From the NCBI RefSeq assembly GCF_009914755.1, contig NC_060930.1: a stretch of DNA of 64,000 nt; one strand, 5' to 3'. The translations under genes and the position numbers were made by a program. The notes beneath the pieces were generated by a model. It worked only from the letters and a program-made list of their open reading frames with translations. It made no database searches and had not been told where the DNA came from. This document shows positions 43,132 through 58,491 of the stretch, piece by piece; the stretch's first letter is position 1; each line of letters opens with the position of its first letter. Source of the DNA: the human T2T-CHM13v2.0 reference genome, Homo sapiens.

Positions 43132-43409
43132 TAAAAACTGGAGGCAAATTGGAACTGAGAAACATTTTTCTTTTCTTTTTTAAGTTGCAGTGCTTGCAAG
43201 CAAGTCCTGTCTTCAGAAGAACTGGCTCACTTAATAAGAGACATAGCAGGAGTTTAAGGGGCATAATCTATAAAGTTGGTCAGTTTGCCAATTATTCTCA
43301 TTGGTGGAAAAATAATTCTCCATCATAATTATATATTGGCAAGGGTCATAACACATTTGTATGACAGTGAAACAGCAAAATAACTAACATGAACTCTTTT
43401 TTTGTTTAA

Positions 43410-43870
43410 AGGACCTTCACCCATTCCTGCATGTAAGTTAGGACAATTTTAGAACACTAAGATAAAATGCAAAAACAGCAATCATGGAATTTTTGAAACT
43501 AACTGTACGACTAAGGGGGAATTATGTAAACAACTAATTATGTTTTGTTAAAGATTTACGGGAGCATTGTGACCTGACCAAGGACAAAGACGTTCCCAAC
43601 CTCCTCTGACTCTTGCTGGCATCCAGATCTCTGTGTTCCTCAGTCATCTCTTGATTCTAACTCCTGCGCATAATTTCCCCATATCCCCCCTCCCATAGAA
43701 ACCCTCCAGCCAGCCTGAAAGACATTAGAAGGGTGGTACTTTAGAATGCTGGTTCTCCATCTTCTCGGTTTGCTGACTCTCCAATATAATCTGCTTTTCA
43801 TCCCACCAACCCTTGTCTCTCATGTCTGGCTTTTCAGCTGCAAGCAGCCAAACCTGGGTTTGGTTACTTA
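43410..43870 (+). mobile_element. Degenerate ERV LTR fragment
   Basis: LTR-like 3' end ...gcagccaaacctgggtttggttac. Confidence 0.5.
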
Positions 43871-45079
43871 CATTTATGTGTATCAATATTGTAAAAATCA
43901 GCACTAAAATTGTTTCCATTAGGAAGCCAGCAATGTAAAGCATATGAACTTAAGCCTTTATTTTAGGTTGCAGTGCTAAATGGAACTATTATTCAATTTA
44001 AGAACATATAAAGCAAGTTGTCTGTCCCTCCCTCCCTCCTTCTCTCCTTCCCTTCCTTCTGGTTTTCTTTCCTTCTTTTTTCACCTCCTGCCATCCTCAG
44101 TTTATCTCATGATACAAGGTTTTTCTGACTGTCATGTTTAATGTCAAGTGCTCAGGCAAAATAGATGATTTGGCTAGGCTAACAAAGTATTCATTTTGCA
44201 GTATTTCCATTTTTTTAGTGCATTTTCTTATGATTTTGAGGAAATTTTGCTTTCTCTCCACATTTCTATTTTGTTCCTTGTATTGTTAGTGCTTTTCCTT
44301 TTCTTTAATTTTGTTTCAAAATAATCAAAATTATTCTGTTATTTTTAAATACTTTTCATTTCATTAATTTTTGCCTAATAAAAGTAGGACATTTTTATTA
44401 TTGTGTCCTACTCTTGAGATTTTTCCTTTTTTAATCATCTTGAGCTCATGTTTAGTTCATCAATTTTTATTAATGAATAATTTCTATTAAAACCATTTAC
44501 CATAATAATTTCTCTCTAAATGATATTTTGGTTGTATCCTAAGTGTTTTGACAAGTAATGATTTTATACTCACTTATTTCTATATATTCTGTAATTTCTC
44601 TCACAATTTTGTTTGTAACCTGTGGATTATTTGGATGTATGCTTTTTTGTTTCTAAATATGTATATGTTAATATTTTTTGTTATTTATTTCTGTTTTGTT
44701 GCCTTGTGCTCAGAAAATGTGATTTATATTATGTTGAAGTGTACTTTGAAATTAGTTGAGGCTTGCTCTAGTTGAAGGAATTGGTGGTCAAGGTAATCTT
44801 TTCCATCTGTGCTTGCTTGGTGGAATGTTCAGTGTACATTACTAGATAAAGCTTTCTAAAATTATGTCAAAGCCTCTCTAGCCTTACTAATTTTTGTCTG
44901 TTTATTTTATGAGAGAAATATTATTAAAATATCTTTATTTAGTTACAGATGTCTTTGCTATTTTGTCAGTTTTTGTTTTATGTATTTCAAAGGCTATGCT
45001 ATAAGCTCACAACTTTCACTTATATTTTATCTGATATTTGCACAATTATATCAAGTTTTGTTTTGTTGTTAATTGCCTG

Positions 45080-45458
<379 letters not shown>

Positions 45459-45634
45459 TAGCTATTTTTCTTATTTTTTTATAGGAAAATAGAAAAATTA
45501 AAAAAATTTAATTCTTTTAATTACATCTGAGAGTTTCTAGCTTTTAATCTGTGAGTTTAATCTACTATTGTATAATATTGTGCTAAGCAACATATTTAGA
45601 CTTTTTTAACCCTCATTTAAAAAAATTTGCTTTT

Positions 45635-46012
<378 letters not shown>

Positions 46013-46261
46013 TCAGAAGATGTATGTCGCATTTCTATTATATTAATAGTTGTCTTTTATTTTTGCCATAAATATTCAAATGTATATATTTAATAAGATG
46101 AAAAGTTAATCAGTACATCTGACCTTTTGTCAAATTATCTTAGTTCATAATCATTAGCCTTGTCTCTAAGGTTTTTTTCCCTAATGCTTTAGGTCTACTC
46201 ATTTTAAAGCACACTAATATATTTCTCCTTCACTCTCTCCTTCTCCTTCTTTTCTTCCTGC

Positions 46262-47400
46262 TTTTTTTTTTTTTTTTGACAGGGTCTTGCTCCTAGGCTG
46301 GAGTGCGGTGGCATGATCACGGCTTACTGCTGCTTTGACCTCCCAGGCTCGAGCAATCCTCCCACCTCAGCCTACTGAGTAGCTGTGACTACAGGCATGC
46401 ACCACCACACTCACCTGATGTTTGTATTTTTTGTAGAGACAGGATTTCACCATGGTGCCCAGCCTGGTCTCCAACTCCTGAGCTCAAGCAATCCACCTGC
46501 CCTGGCCTCCCAAAGTGCAGGGCTTATAGGTGTGAACCACTGTGCTCAGCCTCTTTCTGCTTTTCCTTCTCCTTCTTCTCTTCCTTCTCTTTTTTTTCTT
46601 TATAGTCAACATTTTAGATTTACTGTCATGTTTTGTTGATTTGTTTTCTTACATATGTTTCTTGGTTCTAACTTCTTTTTGAGTTTTTACTCAAAAGTAA
46701 ACTCCCTGAAGTATGTCCCTTTGATAATTCTTTCACTGGGGACCTGTGTTTAATGAGTTTCTATGTTCTTGAATATACAAAATGACTTCATTTCAGTCTC
46801 ACTCATAAATGATAATTTTGCTGATTGTATCTTATGGGTTTATAGTAATTTTCCTTCAGTCTTTTGATGATATTGTTCTGTTGTATTCTTTTTAAAATTT
46901 TTTTATTTTTAATTTTTATGGGTATATAGTAGGTGCAAGTAGGTACATGAAATATTTTGGTACACTCATACAATGTGTAATAATGTGTAGTAATCACATC
47001 AGGGTTAACTGAATATCACCTTAAGCATTTATCATTTCTTTGTGTTACAAACATTGCAATTATATTCTTTTAGTTGTTTCAAAATGTACAATAAATTTCC
47101 TTTGACTATAGTCACCCTGTTGTGCTATCAAATATTAGATCTTATCCATTCTATCTAACTATTTTTGTACCTATTAACCATTCCCAATTTTTCTCTCTCC
47201 TGACTACCCTCCCCAGGCTCTGGTAACCATCATTCTACTCTCTATCTCCATGAGTTCAATGTTTTAATTTTTAGTTCCCACAAATGAGTATGGACATGTG
47301 AAGTCTGTGGTTCTATGCCTGGCTTATTTCACTTAACATAATGACCTTCATTTCCATCCAGGTTGTTGCAAATGATAGGATCTCATTCTTGTTTGGATTT
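46262..47400 (-). mobile_element. AluJ (46262-46551) and L1MA 3' end (~46890-47400) within old L1M
   Basis: Consensus motifs; L1MA TSD ctgttgtattct. Confidence 0.78.
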
Positions 47401-50400
47401 CATTCTTGTTCTGTTGTATTCTGGCACATATTATTGCTAATGAGATGTCTAGTGTTAACATGATTTTTTGCAGGTGATCTGCTTCTCTGGTTGTCTTTAT
47501 GATTTGCTTTTTAATGTCTGTCAGCTTACTACGATGAGTTTTGGCACATGTAAGTGTGTGTGTGTGTATATATCTGTCTGTGTGTTTTAAAGTTATCTAA
47601 TTTCAGCTTTCAGTGGACCATTATGATCTGAGGATTTATGTCTCTTTTCTTCTGGAATGTTATTAATTATTACATTTAAAATTATTACCTGACATTTATT
47701 CTTTTAATTCTCTCTTATCAAATTCCATTACACCTGACCTCATTCTATTTACAGCTCTTCTTTTTCATATTTTCAATATCTTCTGTGTGTTATTTTGAGC
47801 TGAGATTTTCAATATTTTCCATGTACTATTTTGAACTGAGATTTCCTCAGTTCTGTCTTCCAGTTTACTCTTTTAAACTGTGATTAATAATATTTAAATA
47901 TTATTTACATATAGTTACATTAGAATTTATATATTATCTAATCATTGTTTCAATTCTAATAACTTTCTTATTTTCAAGGTTTCAGCTTGGTTCTTTTTTA
48001 AATCTGCCTGTTCTTTCTTCAAACTATCTCTCAAATATATATACATATATATATATATATATTTTTAATCTTTTTAGAAAGGATAGTCTTTCTTTTATTC
48101 CCCAATAGGTAAGCCACAACCTATCAGAACTCCAGCCTTTCGTGGCCTTTTCATGCTATACTAGCTGTCATATGCCGTATCAGCTGCCTTACCGTTTAAA
48201 ATTTTATTATCTCCTTCACCTCCTCCATTTAGGCATTTCTTCCCTCCTATCTTATCAAGGTTACTTATGACATTCATTTTGCAAAATTCCTTGTCAGTTC
48301 TTACTCCAAAAATTCATTGCTTAGCTGTTTTTGATGCTGTTGTTTATTTTTTCCATATTGAAATACTATCTTCTCTTGAGTGCTGCGAGACCCCCCCTTT
48401 ACTGGTTCTCCTTCTTTCTCCCTGCTCACTACTTCTCTATATGCATAGTTAGATTTTTCTCATTCTAAACTTCTAAAACTGATTAATCCTTACCCCTTCA
48501 TTTTTACATATACCTTTGATTATCTAATTTAGTCCAATCGTCTTAAATGTTACCTATATGCTGATTACTGTCTAATTTATTTCCCACCCAATCTCTCCCT
48601 AAATCTTCAGACTCAAATATTTAATTGCCTTTTGATATAGAGTATATGCTTGGATGGGGGGCAGAATGTTTAGTGGGATTTTTCTTGTTACTCCCAAATT
48701 GACAAGTAGGATCACAAAGCTGAGGAAAAAGAGGTTATAACTTCCCATTACCCTCCTCAGCAAACTGAGGTGAGACAAGCCCTCAGGAGGGATTGCAGCA
48801 TTGCCAGCTCCATAATTAAAAGGGAAAGGATTCTTGAGGCTGTGCAGTGCAGAGGTGCTGCTCGCCGGCCTTGACATGATGGCCAAATTAGCTCTCCTAT
48901 CTCAAGTGTCACCCTTTTTCCAAGACAACATAAGCAAACAACTGTAAAGGGCAGGAGATTTAAGAGTCTTTAGAGTTGTGAGTAGTTAACAAAGGAATGG
49001 TGTTGTAGGGGAGGAAGAATAGCGCTTTCTTTTTCTGAAGGCAAATGAGTAGCACTTTGAGATTTGCTTACAGTGATTGGGGGTATCTGTGAGAAAGGAT
49101 GTGTGGCAACCCATCTCCTGGTTGAATAGTGGATTTGTTGATTTGTTTTGTGCCTATCTGAATGAAGGAAAATAAAATTGGAGAGAGACAGTAGTGCAGA
49201 GTGTCCTTGTTCTGTGATAAGGATTCTTGAGCCTCCTGAGGGTTCAGTGGGCAGTGCAAAATACATCCTGGCTTGAGCCTTCTTGCTAGTATGTCACTCA
49301 AGTGGGTGGCCTACTTGGTAAGGGCATCTCTGCAGTACGAGCAATGAAGTGTATTGCTCGAGAGGGAGTTGAGGGGCTCTGGAATTGGCAAGACTAGAGT
49401 CAGTACTCCCACATCAGGGACTAGGCATGGTCGAGTTCTTGTATGTTCCTCCAAAGAACTGGAATATGTATTGTACAAGACATTTGGGTGTCTGCTCTAG
49501 ATGACATCAAAGGACAGTCAGTCTCAGGTTCTCAGAGAAAAGAACCTACAACTAACAGAGGAAGGAGATTGCATGCCCCAAATCCATCCTCTCAGCCTCA
49601 ACAGTGGGAATTATAACAACGGTGGGAATTATAGCAACAAGGAGAGTGGACAGGAAGGGGAAGCACATTGTATTTCTCCTCCCCATTCTGAGTCAGTGTG
49701 CCTGAGACGGGCCATTAGGAGAGGAGAGGGTTTTAAAGGGGATGGCTTAAGCATTTTAAATAATTTAGCATAACTAGAAAATTATGGGTTCTAAGACATC
49801 ATTAAATGATAGGAAGGAGACACATGGCAGAGAACATGCTTGAAGCTTGCTAAGGTCAGATTATTTAATTAATTAGTCCTAAATGTTCCAGGCATCTAGA
49901 ACCAAGCATACACAAAACTGAACTCACAATAGCATCCTATAAATCTGCTCTTCTCCACTACCTAAATCAATAAATAGTTTCATTCGTCAAGTTTCTTAGA
50001 CCCCAAATCTAGGAGTAACCCTTGGTGTCTTCTTTTTCCCTTAAAATCACATTCAGTCGAACAGCAGGCCCTGTTGGCTTTGCCCCCAAAATAAATAAAA
50101 TCTGAAGACCTTCTTCCCACTTCCACTCTGATCACTCTTCTCATTGCCACACTCACCTTTAGTTTCAGGCCTCTTAACTGGTCTTCCTACTTGCCCTCTT
50201 GAGCCCTCACTCTCACTCCAGTTAATCCTCCACAATAATAGAGTGATCTTTTAAAATTATAAAGTAGACCCTATCATTTCCCTGTTCAAGCCCTTCAGTT
50301 ACTTCTCATGATGCCTAGAATGAAATCTGCAATTTTTTATTAAGGACTGCAGGGCCCGACATAATCTGGCTTTTGTCGCTCTGGCCCTACCTCCTGCTCT

Positions 50401-52559
50401 GCCTCCTTCTTTCTAGCCTGGCTGGCTGTTTTGCACCTCCATAGCAGGCCTGTGCATGTTGTACTTGTTCCTTTTGCCTGAAGCACACTCCCCCTTCTAT
50501 ACCATCTTTCTTTAGTCTGTTACTCTTCTTATTTTTCTACATGAATTTATCTGCCTGACATTTACTGTATGTTTACTTGGCATTATTTGCCTGTTTTATC
50601 TCAACATATAAACTCCTTAAGTGCAAGGACTTTGTCTTGCTCATGGCTATATTTCCAGTGCTTAGGATAATGCCTGGCCTACAATAGGCCAATATATATT
50701 TGTTGAATACATATATTTTTAAAATGCATTAATATCTTTGAAGACTTTTTCTTTTTTTTCCTTTAGTGTTTGACTTGTTCAATGCTGTTAGGTTTCTTAT
50801 TTTAGTCTTCTTCAGATTGCTCTAGTTATATTTCTCTGGGTTGGAATTCTCCAATTTGTTGGGACTTGTGAGGTATCACTCATATGGTGCTGGATTTTCT
50901 CATAGATTTCATAACTTTTAGTAGTTTCTTATTCCTTGGGGGCTATCTTTCATGGATATTCTATGATATAAATACCCTGGGTTGTGGATCCCTTCTTGGT
51001 GGCTATTGTCCTAACTTCCTGGGTACACTGCCACTGAACCAGATCTCAGCTGTTTTAACTTGGAATATTATGCACACTGCATGGGTAGCACACCTCCAGC
51101 AGGGCTCTGCACCCTGGACAGATCTAACTCTGGACCTGTGTGGATGGCTTTGTTTTCATGCCTGGGGCAGATGGGTGAAGATATTTTGGCTTCTCCGCGT
51201 GGGGAGGCAGCGTGTTTTCTGCTCCTGGCTTTACTCCAAGTGGTGGAATTCCAGTTTTCTACATGTTGTATCTTGAGGCTTTGTCCACCATCTAGGATCA
51301 GGTGTTGAAACCCTACCTTTGTTCCTGAGGCAAAGCTGCTACCTCTGTTTCCTCATCCCCTCACCATTCCTCCCAAGAGCTTAACTTTAGCTTTCCTTTC
51401 TTTATATGTGTTCCTATATTCCATTTCTGCTCCTTGGAAATCACTCTTACCCTCCTTCTTTATGCTTAGGTATGACTGTGCATTTTTCATTTAAAAATAT
51501 TTCCAGCCAAGACTTAGCCAGCCAAAAATGAGGTGTTATAAACCCTAGTTACTTTAGCATTCCTTTTTTCTTTCTCCCTACCCCTCGGGTATTGGATTTT
51601 TACATTATTTCCCTGCCCATCCTCTTTGATGACTCCTCTGAAAAGGACACTATGCATTCAATTTGGGTTCTGCCTTGTAATTTCTAGCTGTGAGACCAAT
51701 AATCCCTTCTCCTGAACTTTGGTGGGCCTTGGTCTCTGTTCCCAATTATATGGCCCATGTGCAAACATAGACATCTGGAATTTCCAGCTTCATTTCTGGG
51801 TCTCAACCACTGAGTATGTATTTTCATCTGTGCAGTGAGAATACTTAGCTGATCAGCCTCTTTGCTCAGGCTTCAGAAAGGTATGTGGATAGGGATTTTG
51901 GAGAGACACTCACTTATAATTCTTTGTTGACAGTTCCATTTCTCTTCACTCAAATACCAATGTCTTTGTCCTAACATTATTGAAATTAATAAAATGTTGT
52001 TATTATGAAAACTATATCCAGAGTGTGTTTAGAAGGAACTGGAGGAGGATATATAAGCATATTTGAAATCTGTTAGAATAACATAGATGTCTTTCATGTT
52101 TAAAAATTGGAAAATTTTACCTACTATCTGGATTAAGTGAGATGCTTCTTGCATGAAGAGGTTGGCTGGAGCTGGGCAGCAGCTACCTTCTTCAGACTAT
52201 GCGTGTCCTCCCAGTTTAACACAGTTCCCAGGAGACTCACCTCAACTCGCTCATTTACTGACCTGCCTGGGCTCTTTTGGCATCTGCGTTTTTAACCTTG
52301 ACAGGAACTTTGGGTTTTAATATTAATGTGATTTAATTTCAGGATGAGGAATCTCAGCTGATATTGGGTTTGCTTAAATCATTTGTAACTGAGATATGAG
52401 AACCAGATTTGCATTTTGGAAAACTAGGACACAGTGTGAAAGGTGCTTTCACGAATTCTATATTAAATATCATCATGGTCAACGCTTGATCTGGTTTAAA
52501 AATTGAGTCACTGTTGGTATGTGTTACCTTGGAAGTTGGGTTTAGAACTAAAATAATGG

Positions 52560-52915
<356 letters not shown>

Positions 52916-53050
52916 CTAATCTGGAGGACTTTGGGTAATGTAGAAGCAAATGAATATGAGAAATATGAGTCTCAATCTTTTGGATACTTAGAAGTGGAAA
53001 CATCTAACATAAATCTCCACATATGACCAGCTGAGAAATAAAGAACTTAC

Positions 53051-53071
53051 TTGCAGTTCTCTGCGAAATTA
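53051..53071 (-). CDS. TSBP1: TSBP1 21-nt microexon (I)ISQRTA, copy A
   Basis: ttttgcttattttttAG|TAATTTCGCAGAGAACTGCAA|GTAAGT. Confidence 0.9.
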
Positions 53072-53672
53072 CTAAAAAATAAGCAAAAAGAAATCCATTT
53101 AATTTTTCTCAAATGGAGAAAACATAGCATTATCTAACATATTTTGTTGGAGTCTGTGAGGGGAGGACTTGTGTGGGCAAAGAAGGAAGCATTCCAAACC
53201 ACCCTATAGATTAGTTTTAGATTAGTTTTACAATGCAAAACTAGATATAAGATTAGGCAGTGATGATGTGATGAAATCAAAGGTAGGGTTTCCTTAAAGG
53301 CCCTCTTCATTTACTGGACCCAACAGCTTTGGGTATAGTCTCGGGTAGAGACTGCCATATCTTTCTGTTTCCTTTGAATAGCATTATAATGTTTGAGAGA
53401 ACACTGAAAGCCTCTCTCCATTTAAACATCATTATGGATTTCATCTCTCAATAATTCTGCTTACGTGTTATTTCATAATATTGTTCAGTTTATTACTGAT
53501 GAATCCTAGCTTAGTCCCTCTTTTAATTAGTGTTTAAAAAGATTCTCTGTAATATAGACCATGTAGGGTAATAAGGAAGCAAGGGAATAATGGGAACCAC
53601 AAATCACTTTGACAGAAGTGAAGTGAAGGGGACCAAAGAGAACCAAAGTAGAAAAAGACATGTAATACTTAC

Positions 53673-53693
53673 TTATAGGTGCTGCCAGCTGAC
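53673..53693 (-). CDS. TSBP1: TSBP1 21-nt microexon (S)QLAAPI
   Basis: atttttttAG|GTCAGCTGGCAGCACCTATAA|GTAAGT. Confidence 0.9.
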   Translation of the reverse strand, partial: VSWQHL

Positions 53694-54095
53694 CTAAAAA
53701 AATTAGATATCAGTGAAGATTTGTTTGAAAGGAGCAAGTTTCCTTCTAGGGAGAGATATTTGTGTTGGGGAGAATCTTGGTAGTCACACAGCTCTGGATG
53801 ACAATGGCTAATTCTCTGTTAAAAGCTCCAATTCTTTATGACTGCATTCTTGGGTAAGTATTTGGGTCAGTTTCTTATCTCTTACAAAGGGGTTAGTGGA
53901 GTGATTCTAAGGATTAAATGGGATTATGTAATTAAAGCACCTATATAATTCTATAGGAGGTGCAAAGTACATATGTGTTTGAAATCATGTAAATGTAAGC
54001 TTCCTTCTCAGGGAGAAGCTAGATTAGCAGAGGGCAGAGGAAACTGGGAGCTTTGAGTCAGGTAGCTGCACACAGAGTTAGAAATGAGTAGGGTA

Positions 54096-54219
54096 GGCCA
54101 GGCGCCTTGGCTCACACCTGTAATCCCAGCACTTTGGGAGGTCGAGGCAGGCGGATCACGAGGTCAGGAGATCAAGACCATCCTGGCGAACACTGTGATG
54201 TTCTAAAAATACAAAAAAA
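54096..54219 (+). mobile_element. Alu left arm at the duplication junction
   Basis: ggccaggcgcc...aaaaatacaaaaaaa, followed directly by copy B. Confidence 0.88.
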
Positions 54220-54335
54220 TTTCTCCTCCCTATTCTGAGTCAGTGTGCCTGAGACTGGCCACTAGGAGAGGAGAGGGTTTTAAGAGGGGTTGGCCTGAGT
54301 GTTTTTAATAATTTAACATGATTAGAAAATTATGG

Positions 54336-56237
54336 TATGCTACCAGGCTACAGTAAGCAAAACAGTATGGCACTAGTAGGAAATAGACACATAGATCAAT
54401 GCAACAGAATACAGAGCCCAGAAATAAGGCCACATGACTACAACTATCTGAACTTTAACAAAGCTGAGAAAAACAAGCAATGGGGAAAGGGCTTCCTATT
54501 CAATAAACGATACTGGGATAACTGGCCAGCCATATGCAGAAGATTGAAGCTGGACTCCTTCCTTACACCACATACGAAAATTAACTCAAGATGGTTTAAA
54601 GATTTAAGTGTAAAACCCAAAGCTATAAAAACCCTGGAAGACCACCTAGGCAATACCATTCTGGACATAGGAATGGGCAAAAATTTCATGATGAAGACAA
54701 CAAAAGCAACTGTAACAAAAGCAAAAATTGACAGATGGGATCTAATTGAACTAAAGAGCTTCTGCCCAGCAAAAGAAACTGTCAACAGAGTAAATAGGCA
54801 ACCTACAGAATGGGAGAAAGTTTTTGCAAACTATGCATCTGGCAAAGGTCTAATATCCAGCGCCTGTAAGGAACTTAAACAAATTTACAAGACAAAAACA
54901 ATCCCATTAAAAAGTTGGCAAAAAAAGGGAATAGGCACTTTTCAAAAGAAGACGTACATGCAGCTCACAAACATATGAAGAAAAGCTCAACATCACTGAT
55001 TGTTAGAGAAATGCAAGTCAAAACCACAATGAGATACCATCTCGCACCAGGCAGAATGGCCATTATCAAAATGTCAGAAAATAACAGATACTGGGGAGGC
55101 TGTGGAGAAAAAGGAACAGTTTTACCTTGTTGGTGGCAACGTAAATTAGTTCAACCATTGTGGGAAACAGTGTGGCAATTCCTCAAAGACCCCAAAACGG
55201 AGCTACCATTCGACCCAGCAATCCCATTTCTGGCTATATGCCCAAAGTAATAAAAATTGTTCTATCATAAAGAAACACACGTGTGTTTATTGCAGCACTA
55301 TTCACAGTAACAATGACATGGAATCAACCTAAATGCCCGTCAACGATAGACTGGATAAATAAAATGTACATATACACCATGTAATACCATGCAGCCATAA
55401 AAAGGAACAAGATCATGTCCTTTGCAGGAACATGGATGGAGCTGGAGGGCGTTATCCTTAGCAAACTAATGCAGGAAGAGAGAACCAAATACCACATGTT
55501 CTCACTTACAAATGGGAGATAAATGATGAGAACACATGGACACAGAAGGAAACAACAGGCACTGGGGCTTATTGAAGGGTGGAGGGTGAGAGGACGTAGA
55601 CAGACAGGAAAAATAACTAAGGGGTTCTAGGCTTAATACCTGGGTGATGAAATAATCTGTACAACAAACCTGCATGACACAAGTTTACCTATATAACAAA
55701 CTGCACATGTATCCCTGAACTTAAAACTTAAATAAAAATAAAGAAAGCAAGTTGATACTACTTATCATAATATTTCCTTACAAGTAAATAAAGGAAAGCT
55801 AAAAAAAGCCAACCAAAGACATAATGAAATATTATTTGGCCATAAAAAGAACTGAAGTACTGCTGCATATTACCATGTGGATGAACCTGGTGAACCTTAT
55901 GCTAAATGGAAGAAGCCAGGCACAAAAGACCTCCTATTGTTTGATTCCATTTATATGAAATGTCCAGAACAGCTGAATCTATAGAGACAGAAAGAAGATT
56001 AGTGGTTGCCTGGGGCTATGGTGTGGAGAGGGTTTTGGGTTGGGGGATAGTGGGAAGTGATTGCTAAACAGAGTTTTTCTGGGGGGTGATGAGAATGTTC
56101 TAAAATTCATTGTGGTGATGGTTGCACAACCCAGTGAATATACTAAAAAGCATTAAATTCCACACTTTAAATGAGTGAATTATGTCATATGTGAATATCA
56201 TCTCAATAAAGCTGTTATTTACAAAGATAAAAAAGAT
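54336..56237 (+). mobile_element. 5'-truncated L1PA (PA11-14-like, 54336-~55745) plus ~490-bp 3'-transduced segment
   Basis: TSD aaaattatgg at 54326-54335 and 56238-56247; single-copy empty site at 49778-49787. Confidence 0.85.
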
Positions 56238-57973
56238 AAAATTATGGGTTCTAATGCATCATTAAGGGACAGAGAGGAGATATTTTCCAGAAAACATGCT
56301 TGAAGCCTGCTAAGGTCAGATTATTTAATTAATTAGTCCTAAATATCCCAGGCATCTAGAACCTAACATATGCAAAACTGAACTCACAATAGCATCCTAT
56401 AAATCTGCTCTTCTCCGCTACCTAAATGAATAAATAGTCTCATTCGTCAAGTTTCTTAGACCCCAAATCTAGGAGTAACCCTTGGGGTCTTCTTTTTCCC
56501 TTAAAATCACATTCAGTCGAACAGCAGGCCCTGTTGGCTTTGCCCCCAAAATAAATAAAATCTGAAGACCTTCTTCCCACTTCCACTCTGATCACTCTCT
56601 CCTTGCCACACTCACCTTAATTTCAGGCCTCTTAACTGGTCTTCCTACTTGCCCTCTTGAGCCCTCACTCTCACCCCAGTTAATCCTCCACAATAATAGA
56701 GTGATCTTTTAAAATTATAAAGTGGGCCCTATCATTTCCCTGTTCAAGCCCTTCAGTTGCCTCTCATGACACCTAGAATGAAATCTGCAATTTTTTATTA
56801 AGGACTGCAGGGCCCGACATAATCTGGCTTTTGTCGCTCTGGCCCTACCTCCTGCTCTGCCTCCTTCTTTCTAGCCTGGCTGGCTGTTTTGCACCTCCAT
56901 AGCAGGCCTGTGCATGTTGTACTTGTTCCTTTTGCCTGAAGCACACTCCCCCTTCTATACCATCTTTCTTTAGTCTGTTACTCTTCTTATTTTTCTGCAT
57001 GAATTTATCTGCCTGACATTTAGTATATGTTTACTTGGCATTATTTGCCTGTTTTATCTCAACATATAAACTCCTTAAGTGCAAGGACTTTGTCTTGCTC
57101 ATGGCTATATTTTCAGTGCTTAGGATAATGCCTGGCCTACAATAGGCCAATATATATTTGTTGAATACATATATTTTTAAAATGCATTAATATCTTTGAA
57201 GACTTTTTCTTTTTTTTCCTTTAGTGTTTGACTTGTTCAGTGCTGTTAGGTTCCTTATTTTAGTCTTCTTCAGATTGCTCTAGTTATATTTCTCTGGGTT
57301 GGAATTCTCCAATTTGTTGGGGCTTGTGAGGTATCACTCACCACTCACATGGTGCTGGATTTTCTCATAGATTTCATAACTTTTAGTAGTTTCTTATTCC
57401 TTGGGGGCTATCTTTCATGGATATTCTATGATATAAATACCCTGGGTTGTGGCTCTCTTCTTGGTGGCTATTGTCCTAACTTCCTGGGTACACTGCCACT
57501 TAACCAGATCTCAGCTGTTTTGACTTGGAATATTATGCACACTGCATGGGTAGCACACCTCCAGCAGGGCTCTGCACCCTGGACAGATCTAACTCTGGAC
57601 CTGTGTGGGTGGCTCTGTTTTCATGCCTGGGGCAGATGGGTGAAGATATTTTGGCTTCTGTGCATGGGGAGGCAGTATATTTTCTGCTACCGGCTTTACT
57701 CAGAGGGGCCTAATTTCAGTTTTCCGCATGTTGTATCTTGAGGCTTTTGCTGTCATTTGGGAGCAGATGTTGAAACCCTACCTTTGTTCCTGAGGCAAAG
57801 CTGTCATCTCTATTTTTTCATCCCCTCACTGTTCCCACCAAGAGCTTAACTTTAGCTTCTTCTTGCAATGTGTTCCTATATTCAATTTCTGCTCCTTGGA
57901 AATCTTACCCACCTTTTTTATGCTTAAGCTTGGCTGTATATTTTTCATTTATAGATATTGCCCGGTAACACTT

Positions 57974-58491
57974 TTTAAACTTTTATTTTAAATTCAGGGA
58001 CACATGTGCAAGGTTGTTATATAGGTAAACTTGTGTCATGGGGGTTTGTTGTACAGATTATTTTGCTACCCAGATATTAAATCTAGTTATTTTTCCTGAT
58101 CCTCTCCCGCTCCCACCCTCCACCCTCTGACAGGCCCCAGTGTCTATTTTTCCCCTCTGTGTGTCCATGTGTTCTCATCATTTAGCTCCCGTTTATAAAT
58201 AAGAACATGTGGTATCTGGTTTTCTGTTCCTGCATTAGTTTGCTAGGGGTAATGGCCTCTAGATCCATCCGTGTTCCAGCAAAGGACATGATCTCATTCT
58301 TTTTTCGGCTGCGTAGTATTCCATGGTGTATATGTATCACATTTTCTTTATTCAGTCTACCATTGATGGGCATTTAGGTTGATTCCATGTATTTGCTATT
58401 GTGAATAGTTCTGTGTTTAACATAACTGTGCAAGTGTCTTTATGATAGAATGGTTTATATTCCTTTGAGTCTATACCCAGTAATGGGATTG
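57974..58491 (-). mobile_element. L1PA (PA11-14-like) 3' end specific to copy B
   Basis: L1 3'UTR; degenerate TSD gcccggtaacactt / gccagccaacactt; empty site at ~51501-51514. Confidence 0.85.

Noticed and set aside
49072-49157. Minus-strand exon-like segment (86 nt, or 15 nt from an inner acceptor) with GTAAGC donor
   Set aside because: The 86-nt form frameshifts, and the 15-nt form ends in T and gives TGA with the RIPQVHT exon. A poison exon is possible but unsupported.
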